A program made the translations under genes and the position numbers. Under the pieces are notes generated by a model that was not told the origin of the DNA, searched no databases, and worked only from the letters and a program-made list of their open reading frames with translations. From Chara braunii (Eukaryota > Plantae > Charophyceae), in NCBI GenBank assembly GCA_003427395.1, contig BFEA01000003.1, forward strand, positions 4,476,054 through 4,540,053: a stretch of DNA of 64,000 nt. The letters run 5' to 3'. How positions within the stretch are numbered: the stretch's first letter is position 1; each line of letters begins with the position of its first letter. Positions 13,310-26,269 of the stretch are shown here, in pieces.

Positions 13310-13590
13310 AGTGCTCTGACATTAAGAGAAGGTGACCGGTGCCTAATCAAGGTACTTTCCACAACCCCCGGTTTCGAATGTTCTTCAATTGTAAACAAAG
13401 GTAGAGCGACATATCGGTGAGCACCTACCTTCCCAAACCGATTATACAACTTCCTCCTCCTTCTGCAATTCTTGCGACCCAAACAAAAGTGTTTCTGCCA
13501 CCTCGCCCATAGTCCCCTCTGTGTAAGACCAATGTAGTTTTTGTTATATCAGGAGGATATCAACAAATATACACAACTACGAGGTTCGGA
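13310..13590 (-). pseudogene. GIY-YIG endonuclease domain upstream of RT
   Basis: Manual translation: CVYLLISS*YNKNYIGLTQRGLWARWQKH...VVESTLIRHRSPSLN. The CVY, YIG, R, H, E and N catalytic pattern is present with one in-frame stop. Confidence 0.8.
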
Positions 13591-13875
13591 CAATTCAAAT
13601 CTTCCTTTCTCTACTTCATCATGCCAACAATCAACAAATTTCTCACCCCACTTTAGACGCCCTTCAAGAATCAATATGATAGTGGTTACTCGAAGGATTC
13701 CTTCGTCCTCTTTACATCTTCCATTCTTCCTTAGCCTTCTTTCTCACACTCGTTCAACTACACCCAGGTAGTCGTCGTGAGGACAAACACCTCAGTTAGA
13801 TTCCTCGTTGGAGTATGACACGTATGAGTCAGAGAAGTTCGTACTAGCACTCTCTTTGACTTCTTTAATCACCAC

Positions 13876-14930
13876 TCATGTGGTACTTCGGGCTCTTGTG
13901 CGTGGAGTCGACAATAGTGGAATATTAGCCGAATCATAGGCCGCGACCGATCTGCAAATAACCAGCCTCTTAATGACCAAATCTCTCTTGCCATAGGCCA
14001 CCTTCTCCCGTCGGCAAGCTTCCTTAAGCTCGTTGATGGTCAAAGAATCATAAAAGTCGTGACAGTCTTGTTCGAATCTCTCTTTCCCTCCACCGCCGCA
14101 GGATGCCGTAATATGCTTGAGTGATAAATCAATCTTCGATGGCATGTTGGTCGTCCCCGGATCAGTAGTACCAAGCTCACTCTTCAGTATCTCAATGTGT
14201 GCCTTGGATTCGTTCGTCAACTTAGTGTTCGACTTCCTTTTAGGGGTTACCATTGGCGAACTATTTCCAGCTGGTACGTCTGGACCCCGTTTCCACTTTT
14301 CGATTAGATTCATTTTTGCCGCCATCTTCCTCAGGGTCCGGAGTTCCTCGTCCTCCGCTTCTTCAGCAGACTCGAGGATCTTTGGAGCAATCAGACGCCG
14401 TAACCTCTCTTTTTCGGCCTCGATCGCGTCGTTACGCCCACTTGTTCTGGTTGTTCCCTTCTCTTTTCTCTCGTACCTTTCTCTTTCCTCCTCCCTATCC
14501 TTTCGCATCTCATTTCGTATGATTCACAGTAAACGAGTATCGCGTTCCTCCTCTAGCCTAAGTCGTTCTTTTTGTCCTAACAATCTCCGATTCTCCTTCA
14601 CCCGTTTTTTTTCTTCTTCTTTGCACATCTTCGCCTCTTCTGTTTCCCGTTCGACGTGAAGTCTCCGTTCTTCAACCATCTATAAAAAATACTCTCGCAT
14701 CAGTGAGTTCGTGTCGTCTCCCATGTCTCCACTCCCACTCCCACACTCGGTCGATCGACTTCTTCGAGGCATAGTATTCGTGCTCGGCACCACCGCTCTC
14801 CCCGTACGTGCCTGAACATTCGTCTGTACTAAAGGTACAAACGTACGTCTGAGTGTCTTTGCCTGCCAATATTCCGCGCAATCCTGAATGAAATGACCGC
14901 CTTCCCACACTTGTAACATCTTCGATTATC
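13876..14930 (-). pseudogene. upstream ORF of the PLE: CCHC zinc knuckle, coiled coil and SAP domain
   Basis: RRCYKCG followed by a frameshift into GHFIQDC gives CX2CX4HX4C near 14875-14920. An E/K/R-rich coil follows, then YDSLTINELKEACRREKVAYGKRDLVIKRL, a SAP-like motif. Confidence 0.65.
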
Positions 14931-15104
14931 GGGAGGTAATCCACCGCTCCCTCCTCCCTCCATACTCTCCTTGGATTCCGAACTTGCACTCATCTGAAAC
15001 TCCTAATGCCGAATTCCTCACCAAGAAACAACTTCACTGGTTCAACTTGCAAGCCGCCACCTCCGCTAGGTATGATTTCCTAGATGGTTACGACCCTGAA
15101 TGAT

Positions 15105-16458
15105 AGGAATACACAGACTGCATGATGAGCATGCAGTACAACACACTGCCAAAAGGCCAAAGACGTTGTGTCATCAAAACCATCTTTAATTCTTAAAACA
15201 GACTCACGTTAACACGTGGCTGTTAACAGTGGTCACATGAAGCACAAGAAGATGAGTGATGATATGATGTGAAACCCCCGTCGTCAAAATGACAACCGCA
15301 CCGCTCACTCAGCCCTTCGGTCCACCAACCAAGTCGCATCACCGCCATTCAGCGAAAGAGGAAATAACTCATCAACAATAGTCAATATATCTTTGACTCG
15401 TTCGCCCCCTGTCTTGATGTCATCTCGTCAGTATCACACCAATCCACATACACACTAGGCCCCCCGACGTTTCCGGAGCCCACAACAAAACAGTCGACTA
15501 TCAAAACACTAGTTCGAAACTCAAAGAAAACAAGTCAAAATTTGAATGCTACTACTTTGATCTCGCCCGTATGGTTATCGGTTCGAGACTCAAAGGAAAA
15601 CGGGGCAAATCAAGACAGAAAGTGTTGTTGTGTCGGTCTCATCCGTAGGTTACCGGTTCGCAACCCTGCAAGTGCTGGTTCATAGGGTACACCCTGGTCC
15701 CAATAAACTAACACTACGCATAATCCTTCAATGCTACGATCAGGTTTAACTGCTCCCTACCCCACAACCGCATTACGAATCTAACCTAAAGCACAACCTG
15801 CACTCACCTACCTACTCGTTCAAGGCAATCTCAATCAATTACAAATCCCAATATTGACCAAGAAGAAGAACATCGGTCAGTCAACAACATAGAGAGCAAT
15901 TTCCAAATCGATTTCCTTCCCTTGCTGAAGCTTCGAAGTGTCGTTCCCAACCATTGTTTGGGATAGTTACATCTACTGAGCTCAGTCCTCAACAGAATCA
16001 GAGTGTCCAATATCTCCATTCCCATATGCGAGTTCTGTTCAATCCGGTGCAATGCGCTAAATATGACCGCCATTTTTGTTTGCTTACCAGTCCATGACTC
16101 AAAGTCTTGGAAGGTACGGAACGGTAAAAACTCTCCACTTCGTAAGTGTTTTTCGTTTTTAAACGTCTGCACAGTGTCAAGAAATGAGAAATTCTGTCTT
16201 ATCGAAAGTTTACACCCCAAAAAATTCCATTCATCCTCGCCCTCGTCTGTCTGTTTCAATGCAAGTGTCTTATCATAGCACTTCTCAAATCGCTTCAACA
16301 ACTTTATTGCCTTCTCCTTGTCGCCTACCTTTCTTCGGTTAAATGTTGCAAGAACATACACATCGTCGACAAAACGCAACCCAGCGAAAGCTCTTTTTTG
16401 ACTTCCCAAAGTAATGATGAAGTCTCATTCATGCTTCACGCACATAAGGCATGCCAAT
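15105..16458 (-). repeat. pLTR (upstream partial tandem copy of the PLE 3' end, includes the GLRFVDD RT C-terminus)
   Basis: Direct repeat of 10111-11464; ORF 15831..16409. Confidence 0.85.
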
Positions 16459-17530
16459 ACAACGTCAACGGAAAAAAAAAAAAAAAAAAAAAAAAAAAAG
16501 GTGAACAGAACAGGGGAGAGGGTAAGGACGATATCAAGAAGGAAGAGGAGATGGAAGGATCGGCAACCAAAATATCCAATCAATTAGTATCTCAACTGCC
16601 CAACCAACTAATCCCCTCCATCACTAATACAAACAACCCATCATCCATTTAAAAAAAAAAAAAAAAGGCGGGGGAGGAGGAGGAAAAAAATGACGAACTT
16701 TAAGGTAGCAAGGAAGAAAAGGGAAGGGTAAGGGAATGGTCACGGATACAATTAAAAATTAAAAATTTTTAAAAAAAAAAAAAAAGTGGGGGAGGAAAAG
16801 AAAAAATCAGAAGGAGGGAGAAAAGGGAGGACGGAGGGTATAAAGAGACCAACGATTATGGAAGCAATCGAAGGTTGAAGCCACGTAGATCAAACTTCTC
16901 AACAAACTCAAGGGTGGCAACGATTTTTCTCATCATCGAAGATTCAAGAAAACATAGTCTAATCATAAGTATAAGGAAGGATCTTGCTGAATTTAAAGGT
17001 ATGTACTATCGATACCATCCTCTAAAACAAGCTGTAAAGATTAACATTATCCTCTTCATTCAACTATCTGACCGACCATATGCAAAGAAGGAGGCGGGTG
17101 GTAGTAAGTAGAGTTTACAAGTTGTTTGGATGGCGTTAACATAAATAAATCACTTGATCTTTAAAGATTATCTCATCAGCCTTTCTTTGCACTCAATCCC
17201 CCGAATTGCATTTCCTTTTCACCAACGATTGAATCAATCGGATAGTTAATCGGCTTCACCAAGAAGCGAGGGAAACAATGTGCTTCATCCTCTTCGATTT
17301 TTCACCAACCGATCAACTATCTGATCGACGACTACAATCACACTCTATTTACATCGATGTGCTCAACCTGCAGCATCTCAATCAGTTGTCAACATTCCAA
17401 AACCCCTCTTGTACTACTTATACCTAACCTTGTCATGCACTCAACCCCAGCATCTTCCAATGATTTCAATCTTTAGCATCAAGAATCTTACCAATCGCAA
17501 GGTAACAATAATATTTTGGAATCATACTTC

Positions 17531-17561
<31 letters not shown>

Positions 17562-19446
17562 AGAAAGGAGGCAAGAAGAGTAAGGGGGGGATAGAATGAC
17601 AAAAAAACAAAGAGAGATACGAAGGCAAGAAAAAAAAAAAACAATGATCGGCAAGTTTGAACAACAAAATTCCTAGATAAGGTTTTTCAATCTTTACATT
17701 TTTTTTCCACTTGTAGACATGGATGATTTTTAGTTACCTATTTTCATTAAACAAGGATCTACTCTCTGCGACAACCTCCAACATCAATGGTTAGTCATTT
17801 GTATGCTTTTCTACTCTGCTCATTGTCATCTGCTCTCAATATCATTACCTCTCACATCATTATCATTCACGTTACGTATTTTTCTGCATATCTCTGCCAT
17901 TTCATTTCAAACCATAAAAAAAAAGGAAGCAAGATAATAAAAGGAAATGATTTTATGAAAACAGAAAGGAAGGAAGGAATGCAGACGCAAGGATGCTTCG
18001 AATGAAGGAAGGTCAGAAAAGGGTTACAAAACTTCAAAATCCACATCGGATAACGTCATCTTGTAACCCCTCCTTCTCATTCACCACCCCATCCTCTCAT
18101 CTTAAAAGATTTCCAACAACTCTTATTGGCCAGAAAAAAAAAGGAAAAAAAGAGAGAGGAAGAGTTACAAAGGGAAGAAAAAGACAGGAGACTCAAGACT
18201 GGCGGAGGTAGAAGAGGAGAGAGGACAAAAATCAGAAAGTGTAACCAACGAGGATGGACTTAATCAAGGAAAGTCTGATAACCTAAAAAAACGAATGAAA
18301 TAGAGAACCGGGTGGTTAAGCTCCAAATGCGGTAAATGGGTAAATCAAACCAAGTGAGTTTCCCTTTCCCACTCTATTCTGCAATCATAAAAAAAATAAA
18401 ATTAAAACAAAATCGAGGGAAGGTGAGTCTAAAGAATTAACTAAGCAAAAAAAAAAAAAAAGGAAGAGGGGGAAGAAGGGACGGCACGAAGACGTAATAA
18501 AAGTAAAAAAAAAAAAAACGTAGAAACACGAAGGACAGAAGGCCAGAGTAAACATAATCAGGAAACATCAAGAAGGTAAATCATCTGGAATTTTTTTTTC
18601 ACCTGTCAAAAAAAAAAAAAAAAAAAAAGGAGGGGCGAGGGTGGGAAGGGAAGAAGAACAAAGAGACAAAATTTTGGGAGTACTCCCTGAATTTTACAAA
18701 ATGCATCTTATCTGTTAGGCTTCTTCCAATCTTCAACACCTCAACCTCACATAGTAAAATTTAAAAAAAATAATAATAGTAAAATAAAAAGGTCAAGAAA
18801 AATGAGAGGAACGAGAGAACAATGGAAAGGAAGGAAGACGACATCAACGGCGCAAGCTAGGGAAGGAAGAACGGGGGAAATCTTGTAACAAAACCACATC
18901 ACAGAAGGGCAGATAAATCAAGATATCATCTTCTCAACCTGTATCAAATCTTCTAAATTATTTTTATATTTACCCTCAAAAAAAAAAAAAAAGGAAAGAA
19001 GAAGGAGAAACGAAGGGAAGCAAGAGAAGAAGAGTCGATCACGGAAGACAGAGTATCAAAAAAAAAAAAAAAAAAGGGAAGGAAGAACGACATCATTTTA
19101 TCAGGCAGGTTAATCACTAAGCTGCTGTTTTTTTTATCTATTTTTTGCTTGTAGGATCTGCAATGGACTCCTCCTTTCTGGTCGATATGCTTGAAAATTT
19201 TGCCCTTCCCTTCGCTGCCTCTTTCTACGCATCTTTGTTACCTTCCCAACCAATCCCTTGCTCAAAAACTCTTTTCCCTTGAGAATCTTATCAATTTTTA
19301 TTCTCTGAGTCCTCACTCTTGGCTCCTGCTTTGCACTTCCTTTGTTAATTATCTCTTTTTTTTTTCCCAATGTCCGGGAAATCTTCAATGATGATTAAAA
19401 AAATTCAACATCGCATCTAATTGAACGAAGTCATCTTGTCTGATAG

Positions 19447-20580
19447 ATGGATCATGTCCTCTTCGGAGTCATTTCCGCCAACGGACCTCAAACCCTCATC
19501 GATGCAGATGTACTCGCCATCTCTCCTTCACCATCTCTTATTTTCTCCCTGGCCAAGGAACCTCACTCCTCCACCCTCAAGCCCCTAAGGAGGAACTCAT
19601 CTTCATGGTACAAACTACGAGGGATTCTTCTCATTCTTAGAAGGTCCACATTTCGGGCTTCAAGCTCCTTCCCCCTACTTCCCCTCCTTCACCCCCGCCT
19701 TCCCCTCCATCTCCGGCCCTCCAACCAATCCTCGGCCCTCAGCTGTTTTCTACTCATCAGAATTCCTCTTCTTCCTCCCAGCAACCCGACCTCATATCAC
19801 TTTTTGATCAACTCTGAGCTCAACTGATCTAGAAATCGAAAACCGGTCATAACAAGTTTCTTCAAAGGGAGGAGGAAAACCAGGCTCTTAATGAACTCCA
19901 CTCCAATATAACTTCCGACATGCATGAGATCTTTCAAAAGATGCTCCCCAAATCGCCCTCATCCTACTACGAATTGAAAGCTTGGAAAAAAATTTTCTTC
20001 AGTCTCTGCTATCTTTGGCAAATTCAATCTTTAATCAGATTTAAAGCAGTCGACCTCAATTACTCCTGTTACCCGTACGGAAATACCTCAACCTTGGATT
20101 TCGTCTCACGTGTCGCATTTATAGTCAAGGATTCTATGGAAAAACGGATTCCCAAGGAGACGAAGACCCTCTTGAGCAAGGCCACCCGCGAAGGAATGGA
20201 AGAAGCTCTCCCACTCATTGAAGCTGAATTCAACTACTGCCTCAATCAAGCTCGCCAGATGGAAGCAAGGTAAGTAAGGGCAGTGCCCGACGATTATATT
20301 ACTCGCCCTAGACTACCTAAAAATCCATGCCTTTTGCGTTATGGGCACCCCACTTATCTTACTCTCGCATTTTGCAGGGCGAATTGAGGAGACGCTGAAG
20401 GCAAATCCACCTATAAGAAGAAGGGTGAACCCTCAAAGCAAGAAGACAAGCGCTCATCTTCACGCAAACACTATGACGACGAGAGCAAAGAATACGATTA
20501 CAACAGGCGTCCAAGAAGTTCCGTGTCGACTCCAGTTCCACTAAATTGAAATTTGTCAGCAAGGACGACTTCAACATACC
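19447..20580 (+). pseudogene. putative gag-like region of the YR retrotransposon
   Basis: Broken ORFs immediately upstream of the DIRS-type pol. No diagnostic motif was recognised, so the call is positional only. Confidence 0.35.
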
Positions 20581-20869
20581 TTCTTAGCATTTGCGCGCCC
20601 TTTACCATACCTTATGTATCGACTACCCTTTGAAATCTCTCTTCACCACCATTCACCTACGACCTTCGCAAAACTATCTCCGCTCTCCAGGAACCCGCTT
20701 CTTGGCTCCGAGCGTCATAGGACTTCTTCGCAGTCTCTGCTTCATCATTTTTCTCCAACTGGGGACTTCTCCTCTCTTCCTCCTCCTGACGTCTTTCTCA
20801 CCCTGTTCTGCAATGGATCAAGCATAGAGCCAGACTCAACTTTGTAGGGACCACTCACTCCCCCACCTC

Positions 20870-22860
20870 CAGGATCGTGGAGGTCTGCCACATGCTCAAA
20901 GGCATTTACTCTGCTTCTCAATTTAAGCACGTTCTCATGCTTAAGTTTCCGCCCCCAATAGTCATTTCTAATCACAACCTCCTCCCTCATCACCGAGACT
21001 TCATTATCTCCTCAGTCGATCAACTTCTTGCTTCTCATGTCATAAAGCATTTCCCTTCTCCAATTGTCATCAATCCAGTGTTCGCTATTGAAAGCTCTTC
21101 CAAAACAAGATTTATTCGTACGTTTCCGGCCCCCAACAGTCATTTCTAATCACAACCTCCTCCCTCATCACCGAGACTTCATTATCTCCTCAGTCGATCA
21201 ACTTCTTGCTTCTCAGGTCATACAGCATTCCCCTTCTCCAATTGTCATCAATCGAGTGTTCGCTATTGAAAGTTTTTTAAAAATTCGTCAATCTCTTCCT
21301 CTCTTTTCCCCACTTCAACTACAAATCCTTCGACGATCTATTAGCTTCATTTTCTGGTCAATCTACTCATGATTTTTTCACCTGCTTCAACATAAATAAT
21401 GAATATTATCACATTCCTATTCGCCCTGGCCACCGCCGTTTCTTTGTATGCACTTGGAATGAAACCAACTATCACTTCAATACACTTTGCTTTGGTGTCT
21501 CATCTGTGTGCTGGATTTTTACCATTGTAACGCAATAAATCATGACTGAACTCAGAATTCGCAGCGTCCTTATTTCTTCCTATATAGATGACTCAACTCT
21601 AGAAAACTCCTCCATTCCTTCCCTTATCTGGCAAACCTTCAACTACGCCGGCCTCCTTTACAACTTAGGTTTTTTTCTCAGTCTAAACAAATGCTTCTTT
21701 CTTCCTTTTCAATCTATCAAATATCTGGGATTCATTTTGGACTCGCACCACAAGAGGATAAAAGTTCCGTCGGATAAGAACCAGAAGATCACTCAACTCA
21801 TCAATGAACTCTCATCCTACCCAATTTCAAGTAGATCCCTTGCAAGAATTGCAGGAAAATTGGCTTCTCTCTCTAAAGTCGTCCTTCCAGGACAACTCTT
21901 CATATCATCCCTCTATGGTTTCATCTCACTAGAAAATTGAAACTCTATTATCTCCATTTGCGACAACCTTACCCTCGACCTAACGTGGTGGCTTTATCAC
22001 CTACCTTATCTCCCAAACCGTCGTTCGACCATCAGAAAAACCATACTCTTCATCGCAATAAACACCTCATCTTCGCAAATTGATGCAATCATTAAACCAT
22101 TTTTTAATCATGAAATTATTTTCAACGAATGTCTTTCTTTCGAACTCTTCGAACCATTCTCCACCCACCGCGAACTGTATGATTCAAACCTTCATCTTCC
22201 TCTTTCATAACCACAAGGACCTCTTGCTATCAACCTCAATTAGGCTTCATCTCGACAGCCAAGCAACTTCATTCCTACTCGCCAACATGCGTTCCTCGGA
22301 CACAGTCTTCAATCCATGGCTCGGAAACATTGCCTCCTTCCTCGTCACTTGCGATAACTCTCACAACCCTATTTGGGTCCCCCGTGAGCTCAACCAGTAC
22401 GCCAACCACATCTCCAAGACAGAGGACAACTCTGATTGGGGTATTTTTCACACGTTTTAAATGATATCTTCTCATAAATAAATACTCCAGCAATTGATCT
22501 CTTTGCTTCAGACTATCATCACGTCTGCCCCACATTCATCTTCAGAACATGGTCAAGTAAAACACTTAACATTGAGGCTCTCTCCCTCGATCGGAACACC
22601 CTTCCAAGCAAACCCTATAGATGGATTTTTCCTTTTGCATCTTTCATTAACACCATCTTATCCCGTACTGTGCTCTCTCCAGCTTTCTACCTCCTCATTG
22701 TACCAAACTCCCTTAAGCCTACGTGGTTCCCAAGACTTCAGCAGCAAAGGATACTTTGGAAATTTAAAATTCCCCAATCTCCTTTCTCTTGCATTCCTAA
22801 TCCAAGAGTTTATCCTTTTTGTTCCAACCCGGCCTTATCTGGTTTGAAGAGCTTCATTTT
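20870..22860 (+). pseudogene. DIRS-type pol: RT, RNase H and methyltransferase-like domain (disrupted)
   Basis: RT: YYHIPIRP..YHFNTLCFGVSS, SSYIDD, IKYLGFILDS. RNase H: HLDSQA..WVPRELNQYANHISK. MT-like: IDLFAS..WIFPF..LLIVPN..PTWFPRL. A ~180-bp tandem duplication lies at ~20943-21290. Confidence 0.85.
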
Positions 22861-23973
22861 TCAAACTTGATTCTCGCCCTTCCGCTTCCAACCGTGTTTC
22901 ATTCCATACCAATACCACATAAAGGTTCCAACACTCTTCCAAGTTCCTTGCTGCATCATCTCTCCCAAACTCCATCCTTCCTCTATGCCGGCCTGAACAC
23001 CGCCTAATCGAAAATTGTGCCCCGTCTCCCCTCCAAACACCACCGCCTCCCCAAACCACTTCTCAATCCGCTTATTGAATCCACTTTCACCTAAAGCACC
23101 ACCGCCACGACGGCCTCGGATTAGGTACCCACTTCTCACATCTTGCCCTATTTGTTCATAAGCAATGATCATATCACTCATAATTCCTAAAAATGTATCC
23201 TCCCCCTCTACAGATTCACGCAATCTTATCAAGAATCTCCCACCTTGTCGATCGGTCTTAGTGTATCCCGGTCTCACCATCCTTTTTCCGATGTCGATTT
23301 CATAATACTGTAATTGTAATCCCTCACCGCACCGTTGCCAAATCTCCCATAAATAAAGAAAGATTGCAACATCCCTGTACGCCTCAGCTTTCGTCACTCC
23401 CTTTCGCGTTAAAATTTTATTCCTCATATATTGTATTACAATCCCTAACTTCTCCCATCGCAATGGTCGCACTAATTCCTCTGTCACTCCCTATTGCAGT
23501 GCATACTCTCGATATGCCTTTCGAAACGCCCTTACACGACTACTCTGGCAAGGATCATTACTCTCTCTCCCTAACAAACGAAAGTTGTTGCTCAAACAAT
23601 TTATCGCCGCATCAACGGTAGAAGGAGAAACTATGGTAGTCCCCTCGCAATCCGCTGTTCGATACCGACCCTCCTCCTCAATCAACCACTTATTGCTTAT
23701 GAAGGATAAAATATTCAGATCAATGCATCTCATGCAATCTCGCCCAACATTATTTATCTTCAACCGTTCATTCAAACGAAGTAGCAACTTCCACATTCCA
23801 TTGCGCCATTGCCGCCCGCATCCGAACTCATAAATCACATTGCTGCAACACTCTAACCTGCTCTCGTAGTCTCCTTCATGCTCCGGAGTGTTTCTCTTCT
23901 GTGGCCAGCTTCCATCGCTCATGCGTTCATTCCACCATTCCCTGCAAGACGACCAATGCCATTTGCAGGACAA
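22861..23973 (-). pseudogene. tyrosine recombinase, antisense to pol
   Basis: RDVAIFLYLWEIWQRCGEG (catalytic R), KTDRQG, GHNFRLGG (HxxR) and GTWKS...WY. The N-terminal part is in ORF 23491..23973, separated by a stop. Confidence 0.85.
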
Positions 23974-23998
23974 TGGGGGATATGGGATGGATTCAGGA

Positions 23999-24822
23999 GG
24001 TGTGTGGGCCTGCGGCCCCCAACTCCGCGACTCTCCTGTTCAATCTGGCATCATCAATGGTATGAAAATCCTCAATTTTATTTGGACTTGACCTGTGCAG
24101 CAATTGGCCTATCAACAAACACAGTTGGTTTTTCCGTGCCCCGGTCACCACCAGCGGGCATCGACAGTTACCAAGTCGTTTCGGTAACATAACCGTTTCC
24201 GTCACGACTAGTCTCACCCCACTACTCCTCAACTCTTCTTCGCAGCCACGAATTCTCAACATCTACGGTTCATGAACTCCACACAATATTACCGGCAATT
24301 CACCTGAACCGTGACATCGACAATATGCACAACTCGGTTGGAGTTCGGACGAGGACCAAGGACTGCAACTTAAAGGTTTTTTTGGATCAGGACCACGACA
24401 TCAGCACGACGGAGTTCGGATCGAGACAAGGACTGCCAGGCAATTGGGTCAGGACCAGGGGCCAAGGAACTTACCCTGGATGCATTTGGACGTCTTTGGC
24501 TCGGATAACACTGCTCCCACTACCCGTGATGCGCAGGTTGCTGAACTTGGTGGATCTGCTGGACTTCCCTTGAACCTCCCTCGGCTGCCCATCTGCCAGC
24601 AACACTCAGCGCATACGTGAATCTGCAGTCACACAGTCATTCCCGTCAGCCAGTCTGAGGAGAGTCATTTCTCCTTCACCAATTTTGGCGAAGCAGTCCC
24701 TCCCACCCTCGATTTTCCCACGGTGTATGGACCTGTGACCCCCAACTCCATGACTCTCCTGTTCAATTTGGCATCATCAATGGTATGAAAATCCTTTATT
24801 TTATTTGGACTAGACATGTGCA
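23999..24822 (+). repeat. 3' split direct repeats B1-A2-B2
   Basis: B1 23999-24099 and B2 24722-24822 share GACTCTCCTGTTCAAT.TGGCATCATCAATGGTATGAAAATCCT. A2 spans 24098-24689. Confidence 0.85.
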
Positions 24823-25244
24823 TTACCCCTAGCTGTGTTTTATGAGTGTTAAAAGAAAAAAAAATGTAGATTGTCGAACTGCTGAGGAGATAAAGCGAAC
24901 AAACCACAAGAGTAGTCCCAGTGCCAGTTATCTCCAGATCGAACCATCTGAGAGTGGGCCATCTTCTCCACCCATTGCAGAGCCGTGTGGCCATCCAACA
25001 CGCTGAGGTCACTTCTTCGCAGGGACACAGATGCAGATTTAGCCTTCTATGACATAGAATTTGCAATCCTCATCCTAGTACCGAACACAACACCAGAACA
25101 CAATGACTGTGGCATTCACCAGCTGTGTTACCGGGCTTCCCCCAGGTGCTTCAGTGCTGGCTTATCTATGACCCTCAACTACTCCACTGGCTTGGCTCCG
25201 CCAGCTCATCTGTAAACTCACTGACTAGTATAACGTATGAATCA

Positions 25245-25630
25245 GTGATGTAGCTCAGTGGTTAGAGCACCAGTTGGAAATGCGCATTGTGGTATGAGGT
25301 TGTGGGTTCAAAACTCCGCAGCCTCGCGCATGGACACCGGCAAGGCGTTAGAATGACGCACGACTGGACACACACTCCCTCAGGATAGGCTGACGCATGG
25401 TACTATTACAGACACTGCCTACGCACCACCCAGGGGGTCAGTCCATGGGTGTTGTATGCTGGTCTAGTCTTCACGTTGGTTGCTGGTTGTTGTTGGCTTT
25501 GGTCGCTCTGATGATCTCCCCCAGTCCAGACATTACACACATTATATCCACTTCCCATGGTAGTACAAGTGGTAAAACCCTCCAGTTTCATACTGTGGGT
25601 CACAAGTTCGACTCTGGTTTCAGACTTTGG
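25245..25630 (+). mobile_element. tRNA-derived SINE-like element with two tRNA-like modules
   Basis: A box TAGCTCAGTGGTTAGAGC (25251) and B box GGGTTCAAAACTCC (25304). A second module TAGTACAAGTGGT...AAGTTCGACTCT lies at ~25560-25615. A homolog is at 50917-51300. Confidence 0.6.
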
Positions 25631-25944
25631 GGGGGTCCTGTCCAAATAGACCTGTCTCTACCACATACACATACAATGAGATACTACCCCAGATAGCACA
25701 ATCCATACACACATATGTATAGCTCAAGGTACACACATACATACATGTACTAGTGGAGGTGGTAGGAGCACCTCTCACCTGTACTCAGTACTCACTTCGC
25801 AAATGCTCCATGGTGGGGAGCAGCATACAAAAACCATATATATAGCCCACGGACACACATCTATGTTACGGAGTACATACACACATACACAACCATAGGG
25901 TTGGCACATGCACAACCATACGGTTGAGAGGAGGTCACAATCAA

Positions 25945-26166
25945 CTGATAATGATGATAAGCGTTTCGATGATAAGTACCCCGCCTTAAAAATATAGCTA
26001 GGGTCTATGGTGGGAGTGTAGAGGGCGTGAGTCATTGGTTGGTTTGTTGGGTTCTGACCGGTGATGATGATAGGCGTCTCGATGATAAGTACCCCGCATT
26101 AATATACAGCTAGGTCTGTGGTGGGAGAATAGAGGGCGTGAGTTACTAGTTGGTCAACTTAGGGGG

Positions 26167-26214
<48 letters not shown>

Positions 26215-26215
26215 T

Positions 26216-26269
<54 letters not shown>

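Larger units (their letters stand above)
10094..16458 (-). mobile_element. Penelope-like retroelement, Chlamys/Naiad type (N-terminal GIY-YIG), partial-tandem structure with pLTR
   Basis: 15105-16458 is a direct repeat of 10111-11464. Order on the minus strand is upstream ORF, GIY-YIG, then RT. No TSD was found. Confidence 0.85.
4393..24822 (+). mobile_element. PAT/kangaroo-like tyrosine-recombinase (DIRS order) retrotransposon with split direct repeats A1...B1-A2-B2, degenerate, with nested insertions
   Basis: A1 4393-5006 matches A2 24098-24689, and B1 23999-24099 matches B2 24722-24822. RT/RNase H/MT lie on + and the YR on -. A CA dinucleotide is shared at both ends and at the B1/A2 junction. 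An N gap at 6566-7068 lies inside. Confidence 0.8.
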
